From the IMG/VR virus record IMGVR_UViG_3300016469_000156, positions 1 to 26,453 of that record: 26,453 nt of DNA; one strand, 5' to 3'. The notes under the pieces were generated by a model, which was not told the DNA's origin, did not search any database, and saw only the letters and a program-made list of their open reading frames with translations. Of this stretch, positions 8,470 to 17,420 are shown piece by piece. Source of the DNA: a virus (taxonomy: Duplodnaviria > Caudoviricetes). Position 1 is the first letter of the stretch, and each line of letters begins with the position of its first letter. The translations under genes and the position numbers were made by a program.

Positions 8470-10389
8470 ATGGCACATGAACTCCCCACAACATATCAGC
8501 AGTTTATTGCAACCAGTCGCTACAGTAGGTGGCGCGACGATCTTAATCGAAGAGAGAATTGGGAGGAGACGGTAGATCGCTACTTCGACTTCTTTAATCA
8601 GCGCCTCTCCGGCAATGGCAAGCTAACAGAAGAGATGCGTAGCGAATTAGCAGAGTGCCGAGAGGCGGTTTTAAGATTGGAAGTCCTGCCGTCCATGCGG
8701 GCGCTCATGACCGCTGGCAAGGCACTGGAGCGAGACGAGGTGGCTGGCTTTAATTGCAGCTACGTGGCAGTTGATCATCCACACGCCTTTGACGAGATCA
8801 TGTATGTGCTTACCTGCGGAACTGGCGCAGGATTTAGCGTTGAATCCGAAGACGTAAATAAGCTGCCTGATATTCCAGCCGAACTCCACCCTACCGACAC
8901 AGTGATCGTAGTCTCCGACTCCAAGATCGGCTGGGCTACTGCGTACCGAGAATTGATCTCTATGTTGTACGCTGGCAAGGTTCCAAAATGGGACGTGTCA
9001 AAGGTGCGTCCCGCTGGCGCTCGACTAAAGACCTTTGGTGGAAGAGCAAGCGGACCCGCCCCCCTTGTCCGTCTTTTTGATTTTACCGTCAAAGTTTTCA
9101 CTGGCGCTGCTGGTCGAAAGTTAAAGCCGGTTGAGTGCCATGATATCGTTTGCAAGATCGCAGAGATCGTCGTAGTCGGCGGCGTGAGGCGCAGCGCCCT
9201 CATCAGCTTGTCGGATCTAGGTGACAACGAGATGCGTCACTGTAAGTCTGGTAGTTGGTGGGAGAATAACGTACAGCGAGCACTTGCCAATAATAGCGCC
9301 GTATACAACTCCAAGCCCGATATCGGTCAGTTCATGGAAGAATGGCTTTCGCTTTATCGCTCAGGTTCTGGCGAAAGAGGGATCTTTAATCGGTACGTTG
9401 CCCAACGGTATATCTCAGAACTGCCTAATCGAGATAGCAATTACAGGTTTGGGGCCAACCCTTGTTTGGAGATCCTTTTGCGTTCTGCTCAATTTTGTAA
9501 CCTATCTAGCGTGCAAATATCACCAAACGATACAGCAGATACCCTAAGGAAAAAAGTAAAGATTGCCACCATTCTTGGCACGCTACAGTCCTCCTTGACC
9601 AACTTCCGCTATCTGCGTAAGATCTGGAAAAGAAACTCTGAAGAAGAACGGCTGCTTGGTGTTTCGTTTTCTGGTATCTGCGATAACGAGATGATGAGCG
9701 ATCCGTACTCGAATCACCTAAAAGAGCTACTGTCCAAGCTGCGCGAACACGCCAGAGAGGTCAATAAAGATTGGGCGGCTAAGATTGGGATTAATGAGTC
9801 AACGGCAATAACGTGCGTGAAGCCCGAAGGCACGACAGGACAGCTTGCCGACCGCGCCAGCGGCATTCATCCTCGCTATAGCCAGTACTACATCCGCACG
9901 ATTCGGGCCGACAAGAAAGACCCGCTTGCAATCATGATGAAGGATGCTGGCTTTCCGGTAGAGGATGATATTACCAAGCCTGACTCTACCTATGTCTTTA
10001 GCTTTCCGATGAAGTCGCCTGAAGGCTCTAAAATGCGCGACGATATGACGGCCATTGACCAGCTTGAACTATGGCTCACCTACAAGCAGCATTGGGCGGA
10101 CCACACTGTCTCTTGTACGATCTATGTCCGGGAGCATGAGTGGATTAGCGTTGCGGCTTGGGTCTACAAGAACTTCGATCATATATCCGGACTTAGCTTC
10201 CTGCCGCACTCCAATCACGTATACAAGCAGGCTCCGTATACAGAATGCACGAAAGAGGAATACGAGGCAGCACTTTCCAAAATGCCAGTGTCTATCGACT
10301 GGGACGCTCTTTCTCTCTACGAAAAAAGTGACGAGACTACGGGCGCTCAGGAGTTGGCGTGCAGCGGAAATTCCTGCGACTTAGTCTAG
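8470..10389 (+). CDS. nrdJ: Class II (adenosylcobalamin-dependent) ribonucleotide reductase
   Basis: LPSMRALMTAG, FNCSY, VVGGVRRSALISLS, active-site ANPCLEI, QFCNLS, TCVKPEGT, C-terminal redox pair ACSGNSC. No beta-subunit gene adjacent. Confidence 0.95.
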   Translation: MAHELPTTYQQFIATSRYSRWRDDLNRRENWEETVDRYFDFFNQRLSGNGKLTEEMRSELAECREAVLRLEVLPSMRALMTAGKALERDEVAGFNCSYVAVDHPHAFDEIMYVLTCGTGAGFSVESEDVNKLPDIPAELHPTDTVIVVSDSKIGWATAYRELISMLYAGKVPKWDVSKVRPAGARLKTFGGRASGPAPLVRLFDFTVKVFTGAAGRKLKPVECHDIVCKIAEIVVVGGVRRSALISLSDLGDNEMRHCKSGSWWENNVQRALANNSAVYNSKPDIGQFMEEWLSLYRSGSGERGIFNRYVAQRYISELPNRDSNYRFGANPCLEILLRSAQFCNLSSVQISPNDTADTLRKKVKIATILGTLQSSLTNFRYLRKIWKRNSEEERLLGVSFSGICDNEMMSDPYSNHLKELLSKLREHAREVNKDWAAKIGINESTAITCVKPEGTTGQLADRASGIHPRYSQYYIRTIRADKKDPLAIMMKDAGFPVEDDITKPDSTYVFSFPMKSPEGSKMRDDMTAIDQLELWLTYKQHWADHTVSCTIYVREHEWISVAAWVYKNFDHISGLSFLPHSNHVYKQAPYTECTKEEYEAALSKMPVSIDWDALSLYEKSDETTGAQELACSGNSCDLV

Positions 10390-10408
10390 CCTGACCATCC
10401 TATAAAGC

Positions 10409-10437
10409 AAAAAGGGAGGCCGAGGCCTCCCTTTTTT
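10409..10437. terminator. Bidirectional intrinsic terminator
   Basis: AAAAAGGGAGGC-CGAG-GCCTCCCTTTTTT: perfect stem with A and T tracts on either side, between the convergent gene arms. Confidence 0.92.
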
Positions 10438-10451
10438 ATTCCTACTGTTTT

Positions 10452-10784
10452 TTACCGCACAGACTGTAGTTGGTGCATTAGCTCCCAGACTCGGTGCAGC
10501 GATTTAACGTAATCACCATATCCATTGAACCGAGCCGCTTCGTTCTTGAAGTTGTCCCAGTCTTGCTCCTTCGCCAGTGCGAGGGCCATCCCCTCCCACG
10601 CCTCGCGATCCAGCTGAATCCGATAGGCGTAGTCAGTTCCAGCGCCCTCGATTATTTGGGAGTCTGGGTCTAGTCCAAATCTACGGCAAAGATTCCGCAA
10701 GTGGTCAATAACCCTTGCCCTAACCCAAACTTTCTCACCAGAAACGGAAATACTAAAGAACCCATAGCGGGTGAATAACCACAT
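10452..10784 (-). CDS. Conserved hypothetical protein (110 aa)
   Basis: SD AAGGAG upstream. Pattern MWLFT..GFFS...VRAR...TDYAYR...DNFK recalled from an uncharacterised phage/bacterial family. Confidence 0.8.
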   Translation of the reverse strand: MWLFTRYGFFSISVSGEKVWVRARVIDHLRNLCRRFGLDPDSQIIEGAGTDYAYRIQLDREAWEGMALALAKEQDWDNFKNEAARFNGYGDYVKSLHRVWELMHQLQSVR

Positions 10785-10838
10785 TCTTTTCTCCTTGAAA
10801 CTTTAATTCTTGCGGGGCAATGGCGGGAGGTGGGATAC

Positions 10839-11075
10839 TTAGCCCCTCTCCTCCTTTTTAGGCTCGTAAGTGATCCCGTTATCTTCATTCCCGTCCTCTA
10901 GCCAGCGAAGACGATGGTCGAATGCACCCATGAAGATTGCTTTCGGGATTCCATTCGGGAACGCGGCGCAAACATACGGATTTACTACTGGATCACGGTG
11001 TTTACAGCTCATGCAAAGGGTATTCAGCGCGGCCATGTAGCCGTCTCCGTATTGATTGTTTTTCGGCTTAGCCAT
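10839..11075 (-). CDS. Small Cys/His protein, candidate immunity partner of the upstream ART domain
   Basis: CMSCKH...CAAFPNGIP..I..G.FDH...DNGITYEP; starts 4 nt after the stop of the ART-bearing gene. The function is inference. Confidence 0.75.
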   Translation of the reverse strand: MAKPKNNQYGDGYMAALNTLCMSCKHRDPVVNPYVCAAFPNGIPKAIFMGAFDHRLRWLEDGNEDNGITYEPKKEERG

Positions 11076-11079
11076 TTAC

Positions 11080-14000
11080 TTATTGTACCTTAGCGGGGGT
11101 TTGGTCCACAATGTCAACCTCAATATCCCAGATAGGCTTACCGTATGTGGTATCAGGGGGGACTCGTTCGCTGATGGAGCGGATAACGAACGTAGTTCCG
11201 CGAGGCAGTATGACCTCATGCTCTCCAATAACTCCCGAAATCGGAGTTCCGTATGCTTTTACCCCGTAATTCTCTTTGCCCGCCTTGATCTTCATTACAA
11301 TCTTCCCATGAGGATTGGGGGTTATACATCTTTCCCAAGAAGGTTTAATGCTCGTACTGGCAACCCCCACCTCTGTGTACGCCTTCCCGATCCAAGACTT
11401 CAAGTCGGAGATATCGGGATGAGTCCCATGAGCGTAGCCATATTGCGCCCAGAAAAAGTGAGAAGGCACAGCTCGCTTGAGCATCATGTCATACCCAAGT
11501 TTTATCTTAGAGAGGGCGCTATCTATTTTTTTAATACTGCTTAATGTGGACGATCCAACCGACGCTCCGCTTATAAAATGATCAGCCAGAGATCCATTCA
11601 AGTTAGTGTATAACGGTCCGGTGTATGAATCGAGCACGTTTATCTCTGGTCCGGTAAGCTGTGTATTTATAGCGTTTTCCTGGTAGTTCGTGAAGTCGCT
11701 AAATAATTGCTGTTCTTCGGCACTGCTATTCGGGCCGTTCCACGCAAAACCAAAGGCGTTCGGTTCCTTGACATACTTAAACAGCTTCGATGCCCAGCCT
11801 TGATCAGCCTTAGCGTATGCGTCCTTCACCGGGCTGTATTTAGACGCCGCCTCATTCTTAGCTGCCTCTATCGTGGCGTCGTCAATAGCCCCCTGGATCT
11901 TCTGTAGGGCCTTAAATCTCCTTAATGCTTTCTTAGTAACGGCACTCGTCTTGCCGTAAACTTCATTAGCGAAGGCGTAAAAGTTCAGTGCTTCTACCTT
12001 GTCCTTGAGCGGCTTGTCCTTACCGACCAAGGATGCCCCAATCAGTGACTGCGCCCATGTGGCCGGTGGGGGAATCTGCCCAGCGGGAAGCGACATGGAC
12101 GTTCCCGATGGATACGAGTATCCACCGCTGGCATTGGCCCAAGAAGAGATAAAGACAGGCTGCGTGCCAGTGGCCTTCAGGTATTCCAAGTATGGGATTA
12201 AGAGATCTTCTAGGTACTTGACTCTGTCGATATCAAACTGACTTGCGGTTCCATCGTTGACTTTATCTTGGTAGCCGGTAAGCTTCGATTGAGAAATTGA
12301 AAGAAGGCTATCTACAGTGTAGGTTCCGTCTTTTAGTTCTTTAAGTCTCTTCTTAAAAGAAACCTGATTATCTGAGGTCTGTGACTGGTAGGACTGTATG
12401 GCAAACTCGGGAATCGAGAAAGACCCCCCGTACACTTGAATTTCTTGTGTGCTTACCGCGCCGCCAGAAAGAAACACACTAGCAGTATTAGCAGCAGCTT
12501 GTGATCCAGTTAGAGGCTGCGATGGTTGCGATTGCTGTACCGGCGGTGGAGGCTGAGTGGCAACCGCCGGGGACGGCGGGGTTGCCGTTTGCGTAATAGG
12601 AGGAGCGACTACCTGCGGGGCGGGGGTGGCTTGGGTGGGAGTACCGGGCCATTGGTATTTATCGGTCCATCCAGCCGACTCACCAAACGACTGCCCTGCT
12701 TTTTCGAGAAAGTCTTTAATTTCGGAAGTCGTCTTGCCTTGAAGCTCTTGCTTAACGTACTTGAGGTACGGGAGCGTCCCCTCGGCTTCGTATAGATTCT
12801 GATTCACCCCTAGTGCGTTGATATTGAAGTCAATATTTTGGATTACATTTCCACCATATCCGCCCACGGCAACATAGGCAACATCGTCTAAGAACGTCTT
12901 AATGTCAGCGACAAAGGCACTTTTGTCAAAACTAGGATTGTTAATTGCCTGAGCGACCGAATCTGGCACCAGCGCCGAATTGACGTTGTATGCCGGGAGC
13001 GATATCGAAGTCGTGCCGCCAGTCGAGGAAGGTGAAGCCTGGGCGGGCGGTGGCGCAGTGGCTTGCTGCTGGGCGGCGGCTATAGCTTCCAGCGAAGACT
13101 GCCAGTTAGAAGGAAGTCCAAAGGAACTCCCCTTACTGTAGAGATAACTCTTGCTCAAGGATGCGCTGACCGAGGCTAGGCCGACTTCATAGGCGTATTT
13201 GATACTCTCTAGAACCGGAATGACGCCTTCTTTAAGCGCATTATCTTCGTCGTATGTAAACCATGTGGTGTTTAATTCCTGTTTGATTTCGTCGATTTGG
13301 CCCTGTATTGCATCTTCGTAAGATTTCCCTTGGTTGACAACCGAATCATAGGCACCAATTATCGCCATTTGAACTTTATCGACAAAAAATTGTTTGTCAA
13401 AAACAGGACCAGAGGGCGTAGGCGGGGAGTTAAATGCTTGCGCCACGCTGGTGGGAACCTCAGCATTGAGGGAAAGACTGGGGTCGGAAATTATCGAATC
13501 GCCAGAGGAAGAAGACGCTGGTGGGGGAGCTGCTTGGGCGGGCGGTGGCGCGGTAGGTGAAGGAGTTGACTGAGGCGCTTGGACTGATGGAGGTGGCGCA
13601 GTTGAGGCAAGGGCGGCGGCAGGCGCTGCCGCGACCTGTAAAGTCGGCGACACAGGCTGGAGACCGACCTTAACAAGGATCGCATCGCGGCGCTGAATGA
13701 GGTTATCCGCTAAGGCGGCTTTCTTTTCATCAGTGCCAAATCCGTAGGTATTGACCAGCTTGCGAATCTTCGCATCTGTGATGCTGGCTATGACTTGAGC
13801 ACTGTCCTTCAACTGCTCCGGGGTCATTTTGCCAAACACCGCTTTCTGCTCGGAAGTCGTAGTCTGCATAGACTCGAACTCAGGGGCAGAAGGGTCAAGT
13901 AGCCCGTTTGTCACCCCATGGGAAGCACCCTTGGGGAGGCCCTGCGCCCTGAATAAGAGCGCCCCGCCTGGGTCTATATTGATTGCTGTTCCGTCTTGGG

Positions 14001-17000
14001 CGATAAACGTATTGTCATACCCCATCCCCAAGACGTCGTAGTTGGCTAGCCAAGCGTGAAGGGCAAAAGTCTTCTGAGCGGCTGATAAGTGATCTGGGTT
14101 GTTCTTATCGAAAGCGGTCAAGCCCTCGGCGACCTTACTAGCAACCCCCAAGCCGCCGCCGTATTTGCCTTCAAGGTCAACCAGCTTCATCTTTGGCGCA
14201 CCAGCAGGGACTATGGCGCGAATCAACTCAGCGGCCAATACCTCGTTGGATGCCCGATCGTCGCTCTGCTCTGGAGTGACTGAGCCTTGCACCTTTTGTT
14301 TATTGCCCTTAATCAGCCATTTATTACCCGGAGTGTCGCCGTACCAGCCGCCAGGGTTTGATCCTTCGGTCTTCGGAGCCTTCTCTGGCCCGTAGCTGGA
14401 TATCTTCATCGGGGTGCCGTCTTTTACTTCGGCCAGCTTCCCAGAAGATATCATAGCCTCAAGGTCATTGAGGATCTTCTTGTCTACCTGCTTATTCAGT
14501 AAAGACTTTGCGTCATTAATCGTAGCCAGATTCAAGGCCTGGGCTTCCCAACCCATATCCTTCGGGCTTCCGCCAGACCTGACGGCGATGTAGTATCGGG
14601 CCTTGGACGTGTCGCGCTCATAGTCGCCGAGGACTCCGACTATATCGACCTTTAGCCCAGTTTCCTCCCATGCCTCCTTGATGGCATTCTCCTGCATAGT
14701 AAGGCCGGGTTCTACCGTGCCTTTGGGGAATGTTGCCATGTATCCGCCAAATGCGTTGGTCGGGGATAAGAGCCAAATGCGCCCGTCGTCTTCAATGATG
14801 ATAACTCCAGCGCCAGTCTTCTTTCCGGGAGTTTCCGTGAAAGGATTCCTGCGATCCAGTGACTCCTTAGTCCCCGTGATTCCAGCCCATCCAGACTGTG
14901 GCGGATTCCAGGATTTCACCTCTGTCTTTCCCAGCGACTGTGGAGTGCTAGAGCCTGGAGTGAATACGGCAGTAGTCGAAGCGTCGGACCAAGTGGTGTC
15001 TGGAGTCGGCGTACTGGGACTGTCGATAATTACCGGCTGGCCTGAGTCGTTCAGCTTGGGATGGGCTAAGGGTGCCACCACTCCAGGCTGCGTTGCTAAA
15101 GTGGTGGTAGGTGGCGTAACGGGAGAAGCTGGCGTCACCGAAGCAGCTGGCGACACCGAAGCGGGTGGCGCAGTCTGGACTGCTGGCGCGGCAGTGGTCG
15201 GTGCGGCAGCGGGCGAAGGAGTGGCTTGCGGCGTGACTTGAGATGTCGGACTGGAGGGCTGCGGTGATGCTGGAGTTGGCTGAGGAGAGGCGGCTGGTGC
15301 CGAGACTTGGGCAGGCGTAGCGACTGAAGGAGTTATGGCGACCGGGGGCGGAGGGGTGGACGGCGGGGCAGTGGCTGGCGCTGCCGAAGGCGCTGTGGTA
15401 GCTGGCGCTGTCGAAGGCGCAGTGGTGGCAGTCGGCGAAGCCTGTGCGGCGGCTTGAGCTAGTTTCTTTTGTTCGATAAACTCCACTGCGGGAAGGAAGA
15501 ATCCCCCAACTACATCGGAGTAGGTCTGATAGTCTGGAATGGACGAATCACCAACAAAAGAACCAGGGTCTTGCTGCGCCTTTTTTAGGTCTCTCTTGAT
15601 TTGCTCTATTTGGTTAGAAAGGTCGGCGGTATCTAGCCCCTCAAAGTATTGCAAGCCGTTAAAAACAGAATTCTTGATGTCTTGGCTGAACGAATTAAAC
15701 TTTCCAACCAACGGCAGAGGTATCTCAAAAGCAAATGTGCCGTCTGAACTAAGTATTTCCACGACCTCCGGCTCGCCCGAAGCTAAGGATTGACCAACAG
15801 AAGAGGAAGGGATCGGGGCGGCAGCTGCTGGCGGAGCAGGCTCTGCCTCGGTCGCGGACTCAGCAGCGGAAGCCTTGCCCTTTAAGAATTCATCGACCGC
15901 AGCCTGCTGATCCGTGAACTCCTTAGACTCATCCTGCTCCAGGAACTGTTTGAACTCTTTAGGCTCTACGCCGCTCTTGCGAAGCCGCGCCCTTCCCGCC
16001 CTTGTTCCAAGTAGTTTAGTGAGCAGGTCCAGTACGACGCCGACTTCGCCGCCGGTGGTAAAGGCTTCTTTGGCGTTTTCGCCGATATCCCCTAGTTTCC
16101 TGCCACCATATAGGGTCTGTATGACGTCTTGACCGATCTCGGCAAACCACTCTTGACTACCCTCGGCAAGAAACTGCTTTGCTCCGGACTTCGCAATATC
16201 CTTCAGCGACGGGAAGAGAGACTCCAGCAATACCTTAGGCGAGACCCCTTCCTGGATAGCGCCAGCCCCCCTTAGGCTCTTAAACAGCCTGCCAAGCGGA
16301 AGCGCCTCAGTGGCCCCTAGTAATCCGCTAGCGAGGATGACGCCAGCCCGCTGCTTTGCATCTAGCTGGACGCCGCTATCGTCGAGACGACGCATGGCTT
16401 CGTCGATAGCACCCAGCGACCCAAGCGTTACCGTCCCGCCTTTGCCGGTAAGCAGGAACGGCACGCTGGACCCTAGTGCCTCAGAAAACTGCCCAACCCC
16501 AGACACTGGGGCCTTGGGCAACATCTCCTCCTCTTGCTTGCGAAGGCGCTTTCTGTCCGCAGCCGTCCGTTCGATAAACTCTTTTGGCTTAGAGTCCAGC
16601 GGCACGACACCAACTGCGTCCCCCGGTGCCATCTCAGTGCTTGGTAGTAAATTGGCCGCGCCCTGCATGGCGCGTGTTACTGTAGATACCACGCCTCTGT
16701 CAAAGCCGCGAGCGACATCTTTCAGCAGGCTGGGAGCATCAACTTCCTCAAGCTGCGCTTTTCCCGGAGGAATCGACGGCATTATCGGGGGTGGCGCGGT
16801 CGACTTGCTGGCAACTGGCGCAGGAGCCTGAGGAGCCGCCGGTTTTACGGCAACTGGCTCTGTCCCAGTAGGAGCCTCCTTTTCTTTCTCGGATACAGAG
16901 GGAGGGGGCGCTGTCTGCTTTGGTCGCCCTTTACTGATGTCAATTACCTTGGGAGCCAAAACCTCCTTGGATGTCTTGGGACGCCCAAAGAAATCATACT

Positions 17001-17412
17001 CTTCCTTTGACTTTGTTTTTGCGGAAACCGAAGGCGGCGGTCCAGCTATCTCAGCCTCTGCCCTTCGTTGCGCTGCGGCCCGACGATCCTTGGCGGACTC
17101 TACGCGGGCCTGCTCTGGAGTCATCTCCGCAATCGCAGAACCTTTAGGCGTCTCAACCGGTGCCGCCTCCTTTGGCGTCGAGGCCGGAATGGAGCGCACG
17201 ATATCCTCAAGGTCGTACTTCTCGCCCCGGTGAATCTTGCCGCGAATCCCGAACATCGCTTGCTTGATCTCAAGAGGAACATCCGTGATGGATTCAAAAG
17301 CAGCGCGAGGCGTGTCCGAGTAGAAAGCGTTAAAGAGCTGCTCTTGCTTCTCAATTGAAACAGGTAGCTGATGGACCTGCGTGAGTATATCCGGAAGTTG
17401 CTGGTCTGCCAT
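11080..17412 (-). CDS. Giant (2110 aa) polyvalent virion/ejection protein with Nudix, HipA/PI3-4-kinase-like and ADP-ribosyltransferase domains
   Basis: Last of four consecutive ejection-like genes; SD AAGGA. Gly/Ala-rich hydrophobic helices with AEGSQE in the N-terminal quarter, and enzyme motifs separated by Pro/Ala/Ser/Thr linkers (see domain entries). Confidence 0.88.
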   Translation of the reverse strand: MADQQLPDILTQVHQLPVSIEKQEQLFNAFYSDTPRAAFESITDVPLEIKQAMFGIRGKIHRGEKYDLEDIVRSIPASTPKEAAPVETPKGSAIAEMTPEQARVESAKDRRAAAQRRAEAEIAGPPPSVSAKTKSKEEYDFFGRPKTSKEVLAPKVIDISKGRPKQTAPPPSVSEKEKEAPTGTEPVAVKPAAPQAPAPVASKSTAPPPIMPSIPPGKAQLEEVDAPSLLKDVARGFDRGVVSTVTRAMQGAANLLPSTEMAPGDAVGVVPLDSKPKEFIERTAADRKRLRKQEEEMLPKAPVSGVGQFSEALGSSVPFLLTGKGGTVTLGSLGAIDEAMRRLDDSGVQLDAKQRAGVILASGLLGATEALPLGRLFKSLRGAGAIQEGVSPKVLLESLFPSLKDIAKSGAKQFLAEGSQEWFAEIGQDVIQTLYGGRKLGDIGENAKEAFTTGGEVGVVLDLLTKLLGTRAGRARLRKSGVEPKEFKQFLEQDESKEFTDQQAAVDEFLKGKASAAESATEAEPAPPAAAAPIPSSSVGQSLASGEPEVVEILSSDGTFAFEIPLPLVGKFNSFSQDIKNSVFNGLQYFEGLDTADLSNQIEQIKRDLKKAQQDPGSFVGDSSIPDYQTYSDVVGGFFLPAVEFIEQKKLAQAAAQASPTATTAPSTAPATTAPSAAPATAPPSTPPPPVAITPSVATPAQVSAPAASPQPTPASPQPSSPTSQVTPQATPSPAAAPTTAAPAVQTAPPASVSPAASVTPASPVTPPTTTLATQPGVVAPLAHPKLNDSGQPVIIDSPSTPTPDTTWSDASTTAVFTPGSSTPQSLGKTEVKSWNPPQSGWAGITGTKESLDRRNPFTETPGKKTGAGVIIIEDDGRIWLLSPTNAFGGYMATFPKGTVEPGLTMQENAIKEAWEETGLKVDIVGVLGDYERDTSKARYYIAVRSGGSPKDMGWEAQALNLATINDAKSLLNKQVDKKILNDLEAMISSGKLAEVKDGTPMKISSYGPEKAPKTEGSNPGGWYGDTPGNKWLIKGNKQKVQGSVTPEQSDDRASNEVLAAELIRAIVPAGAPKMKLVDLEGKYGGGLGVASKVAEGLTAFDKNNPDHLSAAQKTFALHAWLANYDVLGMGYDNTFIAQDGTAINIDPGGALLFRAQGLPKGASHGVTNGLLDPSAPEFESMQTTTSEQKAVFGKMTPEQLKDSAQVIASITDAKIRKLVNTYGFGTDEKKAALADNLIQRRDAILVKVGLQPVSPTLQVAAAPAAALASTAPPPSVQAPQSTPSPTAPPPAQAAPPPASSSSGDSIISDPSLSLNAEVPTSVAQAFNSPPTPSGPVFDKQFFVDKVQMAIIGAYDSVVNQGKSYEDAIQGQIDEIKQELNTTWFTYDEDNALKEGVIPVLESIKYAYEVGLASVSASLSKSYLYSKGSSFGLPSNWQSSLEAIAAAQQQATAPPPAQASPSSTGGTTSISLPAYNVNSALVPDSVAQAINNPSFDKSAFVADIKTFLDDVAYVAVGGYGGNVIQNIDFNINALGVNQNLYEAEGTLPYLKYVKQELQGKTTSEIKDFLEKAGQSFGESAGWTDKYQWPGTPTQATPAPQVVAPPITQTATPPSPAVATQPPPPVQQSQPSQPLTGSQAAANTASVFLSGGAVSTQEIQVYGGSFSIPEFAIQSYQSQTSDNQVSFKKRLKELKDGTYTVDSLLSISQSKLTGYQDKVNDGTASQFDIDRVKYLEDLLIPYLEYLKATGTQPVFISSWANASGGYSYPSGTSMSLPAGQIPPPATWAQSLIGASLVGKDKPLKDKVEALNFYAFANEVYGKTSAVTKKALRRFKALQKIQGAIDDATIEAAKNEAASKYSPVKDAYAKADQGWASKLFKYVKEPNAFGFAWNGPNSSAEEQQLFSDFTNYQENAINTQLTGPEINVLDSYTGPLYTNLNGSLADHFISGASVGSSTLSSIKKIDSALSKIKLGYDMMLKRAVPSHFFWAQYGYAHGTHPDISDLKSWIGKAYTEVGVASTSIKPSWERCITPNPHGKIVMKIKAGKENYGVKAYGTPISGVIGEHEVILPRGTTFVIRSISERVPPDTTYGKPIWDIEVDIVDQTPAKVQ
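11082..11111 (-). promoter_or_regulatory. Putative internal promoter giving a leaderless mRNA for the 78-aa gene
   Basis: Minus strand: TTGTGG (11111-11106), 18 nt, TACAAT (11087-11082), 6 nt AAGTAA, ATG (11075). Confidence 0.55.
11100..11660 (-). other. ADP-ribosyltransferase domain (VIP2/Alt-like, R-S-E class)
   Basis: YTGPLYTNLNGSL...IDSALSK...MLKR (catalytic R)...VASTS (STS)...EHEVILPRGTTFVI (ExE). Confidence 0.88.
13675..14370 (-). other. HipA/PI3-4-kinase-like domain
   Basis: Gly loop EGSNPGG, Lys in WLIKG, helix-C Glu in SNEVLAAEL, catalytic loop WLANYDVLGMGYDN, metal-binding IDPGG. Confidence 0.72.
14470..14830 (-). other. Nudix hydrolase domain
   Basis: GAGVIII...FPKGTVEPGLTMQENAIKEAWEETGL: variant Nudix box G-x5-(L)-x7-(K)E-x2-EE-x-G-L. 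Confidence 0.88.
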
Positions 17413-17420
17413 GGGTTCCT

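Larger units (their letters stand above)
12172..15768 (-). repeat. Four degenerate copies of a roughly 80-130 aa domain within the giant protein
   Basis: Copies at about 15463-15768, 13100-13480, 12665-12990 and 12172-12430. They share start motifs (FEIPLPLVGKFNS / AEVPTSVAQAFNS / ALVPDSVAQAINN / FSIPEFAIQSYQS) and end motifs (FLPAVEFIE / VIPVLESIK / TLPYLKYVK / LIPYLEYLK). Confidence 0.6.

Noticed and set aside
250-10384. Many short minus-strand and alternate-frame ORFs in the left arm (e.g. 437-706, 7000-7443, 8775-9227, 1887-2237, 6864-7163)
   Set aside because: They overlap well-supported + strand genes and show no recognisable motifs; treated as shadow ORFs.
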